From Camelus ferus (taxonomy: Eukaryota), in NCBI RefSeq assembly GCF_009834535.1, contig NC_045697.1:114082001-114146000 (forward strand): a DNA stretch of 64,000 bases. The letters are read 5' to 3'. Positions 49,601 to 63,669 of the stretch are shown in pieces. A program made the position numbers and the translations under genes. Numbering within the stretch: the stretch's first letter is position 1; each line of letters starts with the position of its first letter. Below the pieces are notes generated by a model, which was given only the letters and a program-made list of their open reading frames with translations, was not told where the DNA came from and made no database searches.

Positions 49601-50914
49601 GACTCAAGACTTTCCAATATTGAATTGTTAGCTAGGTTTTCCCATCCATATCTGAACCTTCTAAAATGATTATTGCTTTGAATCATCTTCTCAGGGTCTT
49701 CTTTTTATTTTAGGGTGGTATCTGGCTTGCATTTGGTGGGAAGCAGATAGTTTAGCAGGAGGTTCACTTCTGTCTTGAAATCAACAGTAAGCATTGATAT
49801 ATACAGGAAGAGCATTATAGTTAAGTAATTTGAAATAAATTATTTAAGCCAGGTATAAATATTTCTACATAATGACCAAACATATTAGCAAGAACTATGT
49901 TGGCACTGATTTTTGGCCCTGACTCTATATATACCTTTCATTGGTTAGAATATGTTAAAATTCTGTACATTTCAGTCTACTTCTATTTTAGCATAGAAAT
50001 AAACATTTTTGAAAAAGCAAATAGCTCACTGAACAGTCGAATGTCAAAAGTTACTTTTATTTAATTACACAGTAGATAATAAATGTTTATCTGCCTTACT
50101 TCGCTTGATTTGGTGTTTCAGTGTGGTTAAGTTTGGGGTCTGGGAAGACTTGGAAACGTTAGCTTTGTCATGCTGAGCACACAAGAAGCCAGAATTGGTC
50201 TTCTGTATAAACGGCTCCCTAGATGTAAATTTAAGGCATAGTTCATTCTCCCAGGCAACCAGAACACCATTTTGTGAATTACTGTTTGTGTTAAAGGATA
50301 ATTCAATAGCACACCTCTGAGTGAGCTCCCTCAGATGGCTAATTCTCACCCAGTGAATTGTGAGGCACGTAACTCTGCAGGGAAGACACGTTATTGAAAA
50401 CAGTCTCCCAAACCCCCTCTATACTGAGAAACATACCTAATCTGAGTGCACGATATTTCTCATACATACGTTACTTTTTATTAAGGGAGTTAGAAATTGT
50501 TGATATTATTAAAATACATTCATTTAAAAGCTTGACAGAATTTCATGCCGTTGTTTCCATTATCTTGATCGTCAGTAGAATTTCTGTTATGTAAGGGTCT
50601 ACATATTTTAAACATGAAAATATAATTAGTATGCATTAAGTAATTAAGAATTATCTACCTAAAGGATTTATAACCAACTGCACTGAACAGAGAATGTCAT
50701 TAATTGTCAGACTTTATTTTGATACTACAAATAAAAAATGAAATCCTATAAATTATTGCATCTATGTTAAAATGTGGGAATATGTGCACCTTAGAATCAA
50801 TGAAATGGATACATGTATTTAAAAGTTATAAGTCTTTGCTAACCATTAAAGTTCTTGTCACCAAGCATAAAATAATAGTTTTATAAGAGTAAAAGTTCAA
50901 ACTCTATTATGAGA

Positions 50915-51850
50915 TTTGTGCTTCTAAGATGAAGGAATAGCCTTCTACCTGAAACAACTCAAAAATCAGGACAAAATATATTTAAAAATAGTTTTAAGGC
51001 ATTGAGCATCAGCTAATGAACAGTGATCCCTGGGAGTCAGGAAATCAACAGTGTGAGAACTAAGCTTGTAGAATTCATAGACTGGGAAGTTTCCACACCA
51101 TGGCACAAGGAGAGAAGCTTAAAAAGAGAACTGGGGAGACAGAGTTGGATTTGAGGGAAGCTAACACAACTGGAGTTTAAAGGATAAAGTACTGAAAAGG
51201 AAAGAACTGCACAGAGAAAAAAAAAAATTGGACATCTGGGCATCTGCAGAAATTCTTCCATCAGGCTTCAGCTGAGTTCTGAGCAGCGCAAACATGTGAG
51301 AAAATGGTCTGTGGCCGGAGAAGAACCAGAGGGAATAATCCTGGAGCTTACAGGACTAGGAATATTTCCTAGTTTGTCCAACATCCGAAGTAGAATACTT
51401 CACAATTCAACAAGTGGCGTATTGGGGAGAGTCCTGAGAAATCTTGTCTTGCCTGAGAAATGAGTCAAAATTAGCACTGGCTTAAATACTATTCTGAACC
51501 CCATTATAAAAGCTTGAAAGCAAGTTAGAAAAGGATCAAACTGTTTCCAAGTAACTTAATTTCATCCCAGAAAAAAAACTCAGTAACATTTATATTAATA
51601 CAAACATCAAGCACCCAAGAAGGTAGAGTTTGCAATGCCTTCTATCCAATCAAAATTCACTAGACACATGAATAATCAGGAAAGGATAACAAGCATGAGA
51701 AGAAATAGCAGTCAGTCAAAACCAGCATGTGACAGAGATAATTAAATCAATACACAGGGACATTAAAAGAGATATTACAACTGTATTCCATAAATTTGAG
51801 AAACTAGAGGAAATTTTTAATGTATTAATTAGAGGTATGGAAATTTTTGT
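50915..51850 (+). mobile_element. Ancient L1M (L1MD/ME-type) 5' region
   Basis: GGACAAAATATAT, ACAGTGATCCCTG, AAAAGGATCAAACTGTTTCCAAGTAACTTAA, CATCAAGCACCCAAGAAGGTA, ATCCAATCAAAATT motifs. Confidence 0.6.
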
Positions 51851-54429
51851 TTTTATTATTATTTAAGACAAAATTTATGTAGAATAGTTTTTTGGGGTTT
51901 TTAAAATGTGCTTTAATTACTTCTGGATTTTTTTTTCATTATTTATTTACCTTGTTATTGCTTTGAGGTCAAATAATATGCTATGGAGAAATTCCACATT
52001 ATGGAATTAGTTACAGTTTCCTTTGTGTTTAGGTACCTAATCAATTTTTGTAATTGTTCCTTAGATACAAAAGAATAATTTACTTTGTCAGTACAGGGCA
52101 TAGTCCTTTTGGAAAAAACAACCTCAAATTAAATGCACTTTTCAAACTGCTACCAGATGCTACCAAGTTATATATCTTATAATTATATAGAAAATATTTG
52201 AAAATCATTGGAAAAAATTCTCTGTGGGATAACTACAGGGTTTGAGATACACAAAGTGAAACAATTTTCTTGTTTTTCCCTCTGGATTTAAAATATCTCT
52301 ACCCAATTTTTCAAAAGATTCATTTGGTAATTTTGTGATGACCTAAAATTGCAATTTTATCAAAATGACATAAAATGATTGTTTTTTGACTGCATCAAGG
52401 CAAACTTAACCTACCTACATAAAGAAGTTTGTCATTTCTGTGAAATATAAGACTAACATGTGGACTAATATGAACACATACAGCTTATAAGTTAGCAATG
52501 TCTGTTATATACCGTCTTCTGTATAAAATAAATGTATTATCCTAAAATAAGTTTTCTATATTTTTCCAATTATTTAAGCATGACTAGTCAAAAGTTAATG
52601 GAATATAGTGTTAAATATAAAGTTATACATTTAAAAATTTCAGAATATTTATATTTTATGGTTATCAATTCGTACTAAGATTTAGATGAGTTAGTTGTAA
52701 AGTTACAGTACAAATCTTGAAGTAGTGTACTTGAATTGAGTCCACAGACTCACACATTAGACCATAAATTAGACAACAACTCTTCTGAATATAGGGAACC
52801 CAGAGCCATATTTTTAAAGTATGCTCTGAACGACCTACTTAGGTTGCCTGCGATAATAGATTCTTAAGGGAAGAATGAGAACTAAACTAACCCTTTGATC
52901 ATCCATCTATCTTCAGGGCCTTCAGGCAGTCAACTGTGTAAGTCATTTTTAAGAGTTGTCCCTTATACTCACGAAGATGGGGAACCTTGCCCTGAGCCAA
53001 TAGTAAATAATCAGGTAATTTAATGTGGGCTTAATTCTCTGTAAACCCATCATCTTTTTGGACATGGTGGTGTTTTTAATAAAATGATAGTTCTTACAGT
53101 TATGACTGTAATGGCTAAATACAACACTATTTTCAGAAGCAGTTAACCTTGAGACTGCTTACCTGGTCTGATAGAAACTACAACATGTCAACAGCTTGAT
53201 CATTTTCTTCCTTAGCTTAGTACCATGTCTAGGAATTCCTTTCTAAATAAATGTCCTTTGCTAAATAAGTGGATGAATATAATTATTTTATTGAATTTAA
53301 AAATGAACCTAAGACCTTAATCATGTTTATTGTCAAGGCCAGGTGCGATCTCTTCACTGCATAAGAATACTGTTTAAATCCAAAGAGTTGATTTCTTATG
53401 CTAAGTGTCTATCTGATGGCCAAAAGAAAACTTAACTGCAACTCTGAGATATTTCTCAAGGTTTGAGCAAAAAGCACTCTGCAGTATTTTTTCTTTCTTT
53501 CTTATTACATGATGGGTTAAATTACCTTCCAGAGATCTCAAGTCTGTCTGTAATAGCCCCTTGGAAAACACTGCGTCCTGTCCCACTGCTTTTCCTTGTC
53601 GGAATTTTCATCTTCTCTCTCACTTTCCATCTCAAGTTCCTCCTGAGGCATAGTTTTCAATAAGGTCAAAAGCAGAACTATTGATTGTGTCTGACAAATG
53701 TCAACAGTCTTTTCTATCAAAAAGAAAGAGATGAGAACAGTACCTGAAAGTCTGATCAAAGACTTGTGAGATGGACATGTCACATTGAAAGGAAGATCCA
53801 TTATCTCGCCACTTTCAACTCTTAAACCCCCTTAGTTATTTGTCAAGTTAGATTATATGTCTGTAAAGCTTTCTTTGTTCAGAGATTATTTTTAATTTAA
53901 TGTTCTGTCAAGGGGCTTATATATTCATTACTTCAAAGAATAAACGTGTAATACCTTGAAGGCTGTATATTTTAACTAAATGAGAAATCAGTGAATTTGG
54001 TTGTAGCTGCATCTAAATCTTTTTCTATTCATATGAATTGAGTTTAGGTTTATGTTAATTAAAACATTTCTATGAAAATGTCTTTATTGTTCTACTGCTA
54101 TTATTCTAAAAAACACATAATTCTGTTTAAAAATAAAATTGTATTCCCATGTAAGGATATACTATATGAAAATTTACAGACACCAAACAGATAAGTTTAA
54201 AATCTCAAAATATATTTCAACCATTTTGCAGAAAAAAGTACTGTAAGATTCTTTAGTCAAAAGTTATGGATCTTAATACGTAATGGCATTTGACTTTTAA
54301 ACTTCACTTACACTACACTTTCTAATGTATTTAATGGATAAAATAATTTAAATATTAGTAGTTAAGTTAATTTGGAAGATATGCCTTCAGCTCAGGACTA
54401 GTCACTACACATTTAATATCAAACATTGC

Positions 54430-57400
54430 AGACTTCTGCTTTAAAGTAAGACAGAGAATGTGGCAAAACAATATTACTTTCACTGTAATAATGAGAAAAA
54501 GCCACATAACTGACAAAATCATAGTTTTAAAAACCCGCCAGAGATGTAAGATTGCATTCGGAAATCTTAGTAAACTAAAACCTGTGACGTGACCGGTTCC
54601 TCCTAGGAGAGAAGAAAGCTAAGTCTGCTTCCATTCCTGGTGCAGTGGAAGGAGGAGGAGGAACTCACCAAAGAGAGTAAGGAGATACAAGGCAAAATGA
54701 AAATATAATAATGATGATGATGATAGTAATAGCCAAGTGTTGTCTACAGTGATGGTTGAGAAGCCCAAAGGGACCCAACCTCCAAGCAAGTCTCCACCTA
54801 CCTGCTAACCCTTTCCAGAGTCTTCACTGAGAACTGGAGTTGCGGCCAAAGGAAAGGGACAGAGCAGAAGAGTGAAGGGAGCGAATCTTCCTGAGGCCCT
54901 GGGAGCCCATCGAAGGCTGGGGGCAGGACCATTGAGCAGAACCATTCTGAGGCGCTCTGTGCCTCCAGTCTCTGGGAGGCTGTGGCTGCCGAACACTGAG
55001 GGCAGGATAGGCCTGTTAAGAGATGCTTCCAGGTCAGCATCCTGACCCCTGGGAAATGCTGGGCGTGGCGGCTGCAGGCGGGCAGCAGAGGAGCTTATGA
55101 CGATGCCTCCGAGGTGCACCGAGTCTTCTCAGAGCCTGAGGCCCTGCAGCTGAGGGTGGCGGCAGAAGAGGAGAGTGGAGAGGAGTTCTCTCAGGCATTC
55201 CCGGCTTTCGCTGAATGGTGGACCACAGCCCTTCAAAGGATGGGCTCAGGGCAGAGGAGAGAGCAAGAAAGAGAACACCTGAATCCGTAAAGCCAGACGC
55301 AGGAGTAGAAAGCAAACAGTCTTCCTGGGTGTCCCAAACCCCTGAGAGCCGAATCCCCCATGGTTAAGCACATTGGGACTGTGCTGTATATCAAGAGGGA
55401 TTTTTCACCATGTCCTTTCTACTAAGAGCCCAAGTTCTGCTGAGAAGGATGTGCCACATCAGTACTGAATTCAGTCGAACCACAGTGTCAGCCTCGCCTA
55501 GAACTTCTCAACATCAGACTCACTGGCTCAGAGACCCACATTATCATTGAGACAGAGAGTGGGGGGGACCATTTTTTAAGGTCATGTTATTTATCACATT
55601 TTTGCCTTAACTTTTTAAATGATGAGATATGAGAAAGGAGTTATAAAATGTAACATCCTTCAGAGATGAAACTGTTAATAGAGGCAGATGCAGAGATGGC
55701 CCAGGTACTAGACTTAACAGAGAATTTTAAAGGCTTGTGATAAATATGTTAAAAGATACAGCAGAAAAGAAAATGACTTGAGTGAGCAGATTAAGAATTG
55801 AAGCAGAGAACATCAACTATTAAAAAAAATCCAAATGGAGATGTTATTAAAAAAAAATTCAGTGTGGATGTCATACAAATGGACACGGGGGAGTAAAGGA
55901 TCAGTGAACTTAAATACTGATTTTTAAAATGATCTAAAACATGTAGAAAAATACAGAATGATAATGACTTTAGATAAAACATTTGAGGTCTGTGTAACAA
56001 TAAGAAATGTTCTAATGTATAAACTGAAGTCTAAAAGGAAAGAGAAAAATTGGAAGAGGGAAAAAGAATGATGACATAATGCTAGGATTTAAAAAAAAAA
56101 AATGGTAAAAGACCTTAACCCACAGACTCAAGAGTCACAGCAAACATTATGCAGGAGGAAGAACATAAAGCTGTGCCCAGGCATATCCAATGACAAATTG
56201 AAGAAAATCAAATATAAAGAGAAAATTTGTAAATCGCTGTGTATAAACTGAAGACTAACTCCCCAGAGACATCCACATCCTCATCTCCAGAGCCTTACAT
56301 GGCAAAAGGAACTTTACTGATGCAATTAATCCTGTGAAGGGCATGAATATGGGGAGATTATCCTAGACTATCCAGGTGGGCTCAGTATAACCACAAAGGA
56401 ACTCAACAGGGAAACAGGCAGACAAAAGGGAGAGTCAGAGAAAGAGAACAGAACAGAGAGGGGAGAGGGACTGGAAGATGCTGTGTTGCTGACCTTGAAG
56501 GTGGAGCAGGGAGCCACAGGCCAAGAAACACAGGCATCTCTAGATGGTACCAGAGGCAGATTTTTCTCTAGAACCTCCAGAAGGCACATAGCACTGCCAG
56601 TGCCTTAGTTTTAACCCAATAAGACCATTTCTGACTTCTGATTTCTAGAATTGTAAGAGAACTGATCTGTGATGTTGAAGCCACCCAGTTTGTGGTGATT
56701 TGCTGCAGCATCAATGGGAAGGTAACACAAGCTTCCGGAGGAAGAATCTAGGGGACACATGAAAAGCAACAAGAGACACAGCTGAGTTGTCATCAGAAAG
56801 TATGCAGGTCAGAATACAATGGAACAACATCTTTAAAAGGCCAAATACAAAATAAATGAGTGAAAATTTAAAAATTCATTAAACTGTCCACCTAGACTTC
56901 AATTGCTTGCAAAAAAATATCAGTCAAAAATGGAAAGTAGTAAAAACTACTTTTCGAAGGACAAAAACTGAAAACATTCCTCACACTATGAGACTGATTT
57001 AAAACAAGAGCAAGAAAGTAACACAAGCTGATCAAAACCTAGATTTTAAGGCACAGAGGGTAGCAGAAAACAGAGACACAGAGAGTAACGGAAAAGACTG
57101 ATCAATTTCTATTTCTTTCTCTATTTCTTTCTCAATTAGAAATCAAATAAAACAGCATTAACAACAGTTTTACATTAAATAAATAAGTGTAAGTCTAATG
57201 AATCTAAGAAAAGCACTGAAAGGCATCTTTATGGAAATCCTGAAGGAGGGAGAGGCAGACCAAATGCATGGATTAGAAAACACAATATTGTTGTAATGTT
57301 CGTTTTTCTCAGATTGATCTACAGATTTAAATAAGGCTCAATCCAAATACCAGAAGACATGTTTTTGTAGAAATTGCAATATGATTCTAAAACTTAGATG

Positions 57401-58640
57401 GAAACTCATCACACCTAGGCTGGACGAAACTCTTTGAGTGGAAAAAAAAAAAAAAGAAAGAAGACGTCATAAAAAAGAAAAATTCTGTTAATCAAAACTC
57501 TCCATTAAGGAAATTGACAGGCATTGGCAAGGCACAATATGATACCCACACACCCACACAACATATATAACTGCCAAAGGAGTATATACAGAACTTCTAA
57601 AAAGCGGTATATAATGATATATGACCCAATAAATATGGACAAAAGACTTGAACGGAAACTTTGGAAAGCAAGCATATAAATGGCCAATAAGTACATTTAA
57701 AGAGGTTCAACATTATTATTCATCAGGAAACTTAAAATTAAAACAACAATGAAATAGCATCCCACATGCATCAGAATGGCTAAAATCAAGATCAATGACA
57801 AGAACATGATTTAGCAAAGACGTAGCATGTGGAACTCGCACGTGAGAGTGTAATATAGTAAGTCACTTTGCATAACAGCTTGGCGGTATTTTATACAATT
57901 AAACATCAACCTACCTTATGACAAAGCAATGCCACTACTAGGCATCTACCTCAGAAATGAAAGCATATTCCTACAAAGACATGAACATTCATCACAGCTT
58001 TATTTGTAATATCCCAGAACAGGAAACAACTCAAGTACCCATCTGCAGGTGGGTGGGCACGTGGATATCCATATACTCATGTAACGGAATACTACTCAGC
58101 ACTAAAAATTGAAGAACAGATACTTTACATAGTAACATGGGTAGTTCTCAGCAAAACTCCATAGAAAGAGTACATTCTGTATGATTGATTTCATTTCCAC
58201 GAGGTCCAAAGCAGACGAAGCTTTTTTTCTAGAAATCAGGGCTGCATTATGACTCTGTGGCACTAAACACGTTTGCCTCAATGGGCTCTTTCCCTTATGC
58301 AAAAAAAAAAAGATTGTGCCTTATGATTCTTCTTGTATAATGAAAAGTAGTATCTAGCATTCCTTTCTACCTGAAGTTCACTTTCCCTATCCAATTTAAA
58401 ATAAATCAAAACCTTTCCACGGAGCCCTAAGAGTGTTATGGGCACTAGATACTCTGTCCAGACAGAAACAGAAGGATGCTTCTCCCTGGGCTGGGGAGTT
58501 GAACTTGGAAATTGACAGGAAAGTTCAGAAGTGAACTTGGCTTATCTTGACATGGGTACTGTTGATACTGAGTATATAATACTGTGAAAATTGAATATTT
58601 GAGACCTATGCACTTAATAATATATAAATTCTATCCCAAA
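54430..58640 (+). mobile_element. Ancient, heavily deleted L1M (5' UTR, ORF1 remnant, ORF2 pieces, L1ME-type 3' end)
   Basis: ORF1-like A-rich text at 55650-57000; ORF2-like ATGGATTAGAAAACACAATATTG...TTGATCTACAGATTTAA at 57268-57400; ATGGCCAATAAGTACAT, GAATACTACTCAGCA and AGTACATTCTGTATGATT at 57680-58190. Confidence 0.65.
56238..56729 (+). mobile_element. MLT1D-like MaLR solo LTR nested in the old L1
   Basis: CCTTACATGGCAAAAGGAACTTT, GGGAGATTATCCTAGACTATCCAGGTGGGC, TCTAGAACCTCCAGAAGG, AGTTTGTGGTGATTTG...TAACACA. Confidence 0.88.
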
Positions 58641-59099
58641 ATAAGCTAAATAGGTACAGATTTGTAGTATCTCCAAATATGTTTAGAGAGAAATAAATTA
58701 CTGTGTGAGATTAGAAATTAATTCCCGCCTTCCTGAAAGATAATTTTATTCCTCATTCTCATTGCTATGTGATTCCTATCCCAGATGTCCCCCAAAATGT
58801 TAATGCTTCACAAAATCCTTCCTTTTGGTCCAGTTTAGTGTTGTCTTTACATTATGTATATAACAATTATTTTCAAGTGATAAACCACTCCATGTCTCAA
58901 GTAATGTAAATCAGCATAGATAAAGAGAAAAAGTAATTAAAAAGGGATTCCTTTCTTTACTTCTGTCTCAAGACCATTAAAAGGCAATGCAATGCTTTTT
59001 TTTTTTCCCTGCACTATAATAAATTAATTTTGGAAGTTTCCTTTGTTAATCTGGTAAAGTTATTTAGCAACCTGTCCACATTTTACTGTAAAGAGTGAG

Positions 59100-59525
59100 A
59101 AGTGGAGGTCACCCCACCTGACCTGTGAGGTTACCTCTTTTTTGGGACATATGGGTTAATCCATGGATGGGGCATGATCCAATCAGGGCCAGTTAGAAAC
59201 CTTTGGAAGGCACTGATGTCCCAGAGGATGGTATCACCTCTCCTGAGATAAGATGCTGGTTAGCTCCATGAACATCCATAGCAGCCTGGAATCATCATGG
59301 CTGCTGGGGGGACGGGCTATTACAGAAGATGAGGCCAACAATAAGGAAAACGGCTTGAGGGTAAGAACAACATTCGTGATGACACTGATGCAGACCTGAA
59401 AAGAGCTGCGCCTAAAACCAGGATCAACCCGGGGCTCTGAGTTCCAGCAGCCAGATACTCTGTTCTGTGTGCATCTAGAGTGTGCTGTTTCTGTCAGAAA
59501 CAAGTAGGACCAGTCTGACCAACAC
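59100..59525 (+). mobile_element. Old MLT1 (J/K/L-type) LTR
   Basis: GGATGGGGCATGATCCAATCAGGGCCA, GAAGATGAGGCCAACA, GTTTCTGTCA...GTCTGACCAACAC. Confidence 0.5.
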
Positions 59526-61582
59526 CAGCTATGTTCATAACCCCCACGGACACTTCCCGAAGGCCCTGCTATCTATTCTTGAATTTTCTAGCCAACCCCT
59601 ATGTCTCTGGAATCCTTCTCATGCCAGCGTTTCTCAGACACCTTGGCCTTGGAGCTTTTCCGTCTTCCTCTTCCGCACGCTGTCCTTTCATCATCGATAC
59701 CCTGAACATCCCCCACACGCGTGCCCACAAGCCCACACCCTGTTCTTGAGGAAGAGAGGAAGGTGGAAAACAGCAAGGGGAATACAGAAAGACCATGAGC
59801 ATTTCCACAGTAATAGTTTCTCTGGCCCTTTTCTCGCACGAATTGTTTGAAATATAATCTTGTTTGCAGCAGTAATTATCCTCAGCTATTTATAATAAAT
59901 TCCGTGTTGAAATAAGAAAAGCAGACATTGCAGATTAAAATTTAATCTGGAGGAAAATAAACGCAAAACTATGAGTATGAACAATCATTTATGTCTATTG
60001 TATGTATTCTACATATTTATGTACATTCGTGTGAGTATAAATATATGACATCTAAGGCTAAGATGCATTAACACGGTTGTCATCTATATAGTGCTTAAAA
60101 ATTAAAATGAGCTTTTCTCTGGCTAAAAAATGTGCATTTTAATTTTTCAGTAGATCTTAAATTACTACAGTGTCTTTTATGAACTTTTGCAGGTAAATTT
60201 TTTAAATAATATAAAGCAAAGCAACCCCATAGATATATCAACAGAAATTAGCAAGCATGGCTTACACATCTGGAGCGCAGCTGTTAGACAGGAGGGCTAA
60301 AGGTGAGCGTGAGTCTTGAGTGTTTTGCGTGTGCTGTGTAATTCCCGGTCTGTTATATCTATGAAGGAGCAGGGCGTAAACCTTTTCTCTTCACTTATAT
60401 CATGTATTCCTCTTGGTAACCTGAACCCTAACATGTTACACGTGTCCAAAATGTACCATCAAGATCATTTTCTCCATTGTTGCATTAATGTAAGTTTTGG
60501 TTATTTATAATTGTATTTGCAAGAATGGAAATTAAGTTGCTTTAAGGAATAATAAGAACAGGAGAATTTAGAATCGGGTTTGTCTCATAAACCCAACCAG
60601 AGGCGTGATATAGAACTGTGCTTAATGTGCAGGTGGGGACAGGAATCAGAGTCCACCGTCACTGGATTTCCTGATAGCACCTGCTTTTCCACTGTCTAAT
60701 CCCTCAGCAGGAAGCAGGCCATGCTCTGTGCAGAAGCTCTGATGACCCACCCTCCAGTTCTGCGTGTTAGAATCCCCCAACCACATCCTGAAACCATCCA
60801 GTAGTCTCTTGCTTCCAACTTCAAATTAGAAATAAAGTCTAAATAACAGAGTTTGGATTAGGTGTCCTCTCCCCTCATAAAATTAGCTGTGGTCAAGGTG
60901 TGAACATCCTTATTTGAAGGTCATTCTGAAACATGGCAAGTCCATTGTTCTTAAATTACTCTCAACAGACCAGAGCATGTGGCACTGAAAACAAAGCAAA
61001 GCAGCAATAACAAAATAAACCTATTTTCTGTTTTGGCTAGGTTCTGAATATTGCCTCCACTCTAAGGGTTCCCTCAAATCCAGCTTTTAACATTCAAAGA
61101 TTAGTTACAACTGTATGCAAACAGCACAGTCCAAACACTTGCTCTCCTTTGCAAATGTGCAAAAGAAAACACTAACTAAAACAAGAACTAAGCAGATGAA
61201 ATGACTCATGACTGTTCACTTTGTTTGAGGATTCCCCAGAAGATATTCTAACATGATTCATAATTGGCTATGAGGATATTTTTACTCATTTTTGTGAATT
61301 TGCAATTAATAGTACTTTAAGTTAAGAATGAAAACAGAAGCAAAAATCAAAGGATGGTGCCTAGCCATTTAAATTACTTGATTTTCTCAGGTGCCTTTCA
61401 AAATCATCAAATCATTACAGGATACTGTTCCATTACAATGACAATATTTCCAAAAGATACAAGAAAACTAACTTACACTCACAATCTGATTTCATCAAAA
61501 TATCTGAAATCCAATACATATTCTGTATGAGATAATTCAGTTTTAAAACGCACAGTGACTTTTAAGAGAGTAGCATAAAATC

Positions 61583-62136
61583 ATAGAAGCGGAAAACAAC
61601 TTTTCCTCTGCCCTCTTATTGTGAGTACCGGGGGCCTGCAAATTAAATGGACAAAAGAGAGACTGACAGGAGAAAAAGGGTTATACATATGCAGGCTATG
61701 CACTGTGGAGACAACAAAAGAAGTAGCTGGCTGGTTAAATGATTTAAGTTAGTAGTCTAAGTACCTAGTGCTGTAGGGAAAAGGGAAAAAGACAAGGCTC
61801 GTATAGAAAGAACAGAGACATTTCTTTAGGAAAGACGCATGGGTTCTTAGGAGAACACAGGGGAGAAAAAATTCTTATACTGCTTGTCTACACAGGTGTG
61901 AGTGGTCTTTCTGTTTGGGAAGATGGGATTTATGGTAGGTTTATTCTTGTTTTTCCTCCTGAGAGTGAACCCCTCTTTGAAGAGGGGATTTAAGGCAGCC
62001 TTATTTCCAAGGTTACAGACTTTAGTCATTTAAGGGAAGCTCAGAGAAGGCTTCATTCTCTATCTGTTGAATTTCAAATGTCTTCAGCTTAAAATAATAT
62101 TTACACCAACTCCAAGGTTTCCAGTAGGTCCCCGCA
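61583..62136 (-). mobile_element. Solo ERV1-class LTR, MER34/LTR39-like
   Basis: AACTTTTCCTCTGCCCTC...GGGCCTGCAAATTAA...GACAAAAGAGAGACTGACAGGAGAAAA and TCTTCAGCTTAAAATAAT...CCCCGCA. Confidence 0.65.
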
Positions 62137-62154
62137 GAAACAAATGGGTCACAT

Positions 62155-62494
62155 TGATGAAAGATAAACTGACACATAGTAACTATTTTAAGAGTTTATA
62201 TAAGTAAAAATCAGTTCAGTTTGGGCAACACCAAAACAGAAGTGGTTAGGAGCACTCAGCCACAGGGAGCCAGAGGGAAGAATTATTTGGAAAAAACGTG
62301 AAAGCAGAAAAAGGTCATTATTGGATTGGCTGCAGCCTAGCGCCTCAATGGCTGTTTGTGATTGGTTGTTCTTTGCATTTGGACTTCATAACTTTGAGGA
62401 ATTTTCAGACTTAGATTTTTCTTTGCTTATGTAAGTCGCTGCGGCATTAAAGCCACCTCGGTCTAAATGGTCTCCTTGTTTAATTAACTTAACA
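62155..62494 (-). mobile_element. Solo ERV1-class LTR, MER110/MER90-like (340 bp)
   Basis: TG...CA termini; minus strand starts TGTTAAGTTAATTAAACAAGGAGACCATT; two ATTGG (CCAAT) boxes; TSD ACAT/ACAC. Confidence 0.7.
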
Positions 62495-63551
62495 ACACAC
62501 ATTATGTGAGTGTTCTCACCAGAATTCTGTGTCATTTGAAATTGTAGTAAAGCTTTATATCTTCTGAAGCCATCTTCATAGGAGGAGGTGAGAGAACAGT
62601 GATTAATGGGTACACAACAATTCACTTAGGCCTCAAAGTTCAGAAATGACCAGGCAAAGCTGGAGCCCATAAGACGTAGAAATGTTGCTAAAAAAAATAA
62701 GTTAATGAATTTACAAATCAGACTGCTTTATAAATAATTCTGATCCAGGAATTTGAAATGATTTAGTGTGCACAAGGAGAAATATGTGATGAATCTATAA
62801 GAAAACCCTTGGTAAGCCTGAGTTATATCCTTTTTTGCATCAGCGTGTGCTAAAAATTATTTTATCCAGATAAATATGTGATATTGATCGGAATAGGAAA
62901 AGATCACTAGAAAATTTTAAATTAGAATTATAATGTGAAAGTGTTATGCAATTTTTTAAAATGTCCTTAGCTCTCTCTTTCTCTGTTACTTCTCCTTAAA
63001 GGCTCCTCTCAGAATTCTATCTTTTTTTTTATTCTTAGTTTTTCCTGATTCCAGAGTCTAAGAATGTTGTGCCTTCCTGCTCCAGGACTACTTCATTCCT
63101 TATATGTAGCTTATGAAATTGGGAAAGGGGAAAGAAATGTGGATAGAATGCATCCTCAAAAAAGGAGATCTAAAAAACTAGCCTTTCTGTTGTTTGACAG
63201 TGGTTGAATTCCAGGAGGAAAATACCCGAGACCTGTTTATAATATACATTTGGCTTTGGAAACGATGACAATAGTAGCCTTCCTTTGATTTATCAGGAGC
63301 CTTCTGTCATTGCTAGATTATGTTAACAGTAATAACAAATGTTTTCATGAAAGAGAGACTCAAGTTCTCTTAATGTACAAATGAAAGCCTCACCTGGGAG
63401 AAACAGCACAGAAAGACAGGACCGTCCAGATTCCCCAAGTCTACCACTGAGTGTTTCAGACTTTTCTGCATTAGTTCCCTGCTGCTGGCGTCCAGCTTGC
63501 ACAGGCACTCCTGTTTCCTTATCTGTTTGGTTCCCAACTGGTAAAACTACT

Positions 63552-63663
63552 ATATATAAAATAGATAATAGATAAATAGGTAAATAGCTAAATAGATAAT
63601 AGAATAATAGATAAATAAATAAACAGATAATAGATAAATAGATAAATAAAAAGATAAATAAAA
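63552..63663. repeat. Imperfect (TAGA)/(TAAA)n repeat
   Basis: Direct reading. Confidence 0.85.
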
Positions 63664-63669
63664 TTTTGT

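Noticed and set aside
50065..50349. 94-aa minus ORF with a GTAAGG donor near 50099, plus short palindromes (TGCTGAGCA; CTGAGTGAGCTCCCTCAG)
   Set aside because: Poor acceptor, no recognisable protein; the palindromes are short enough to be chance.
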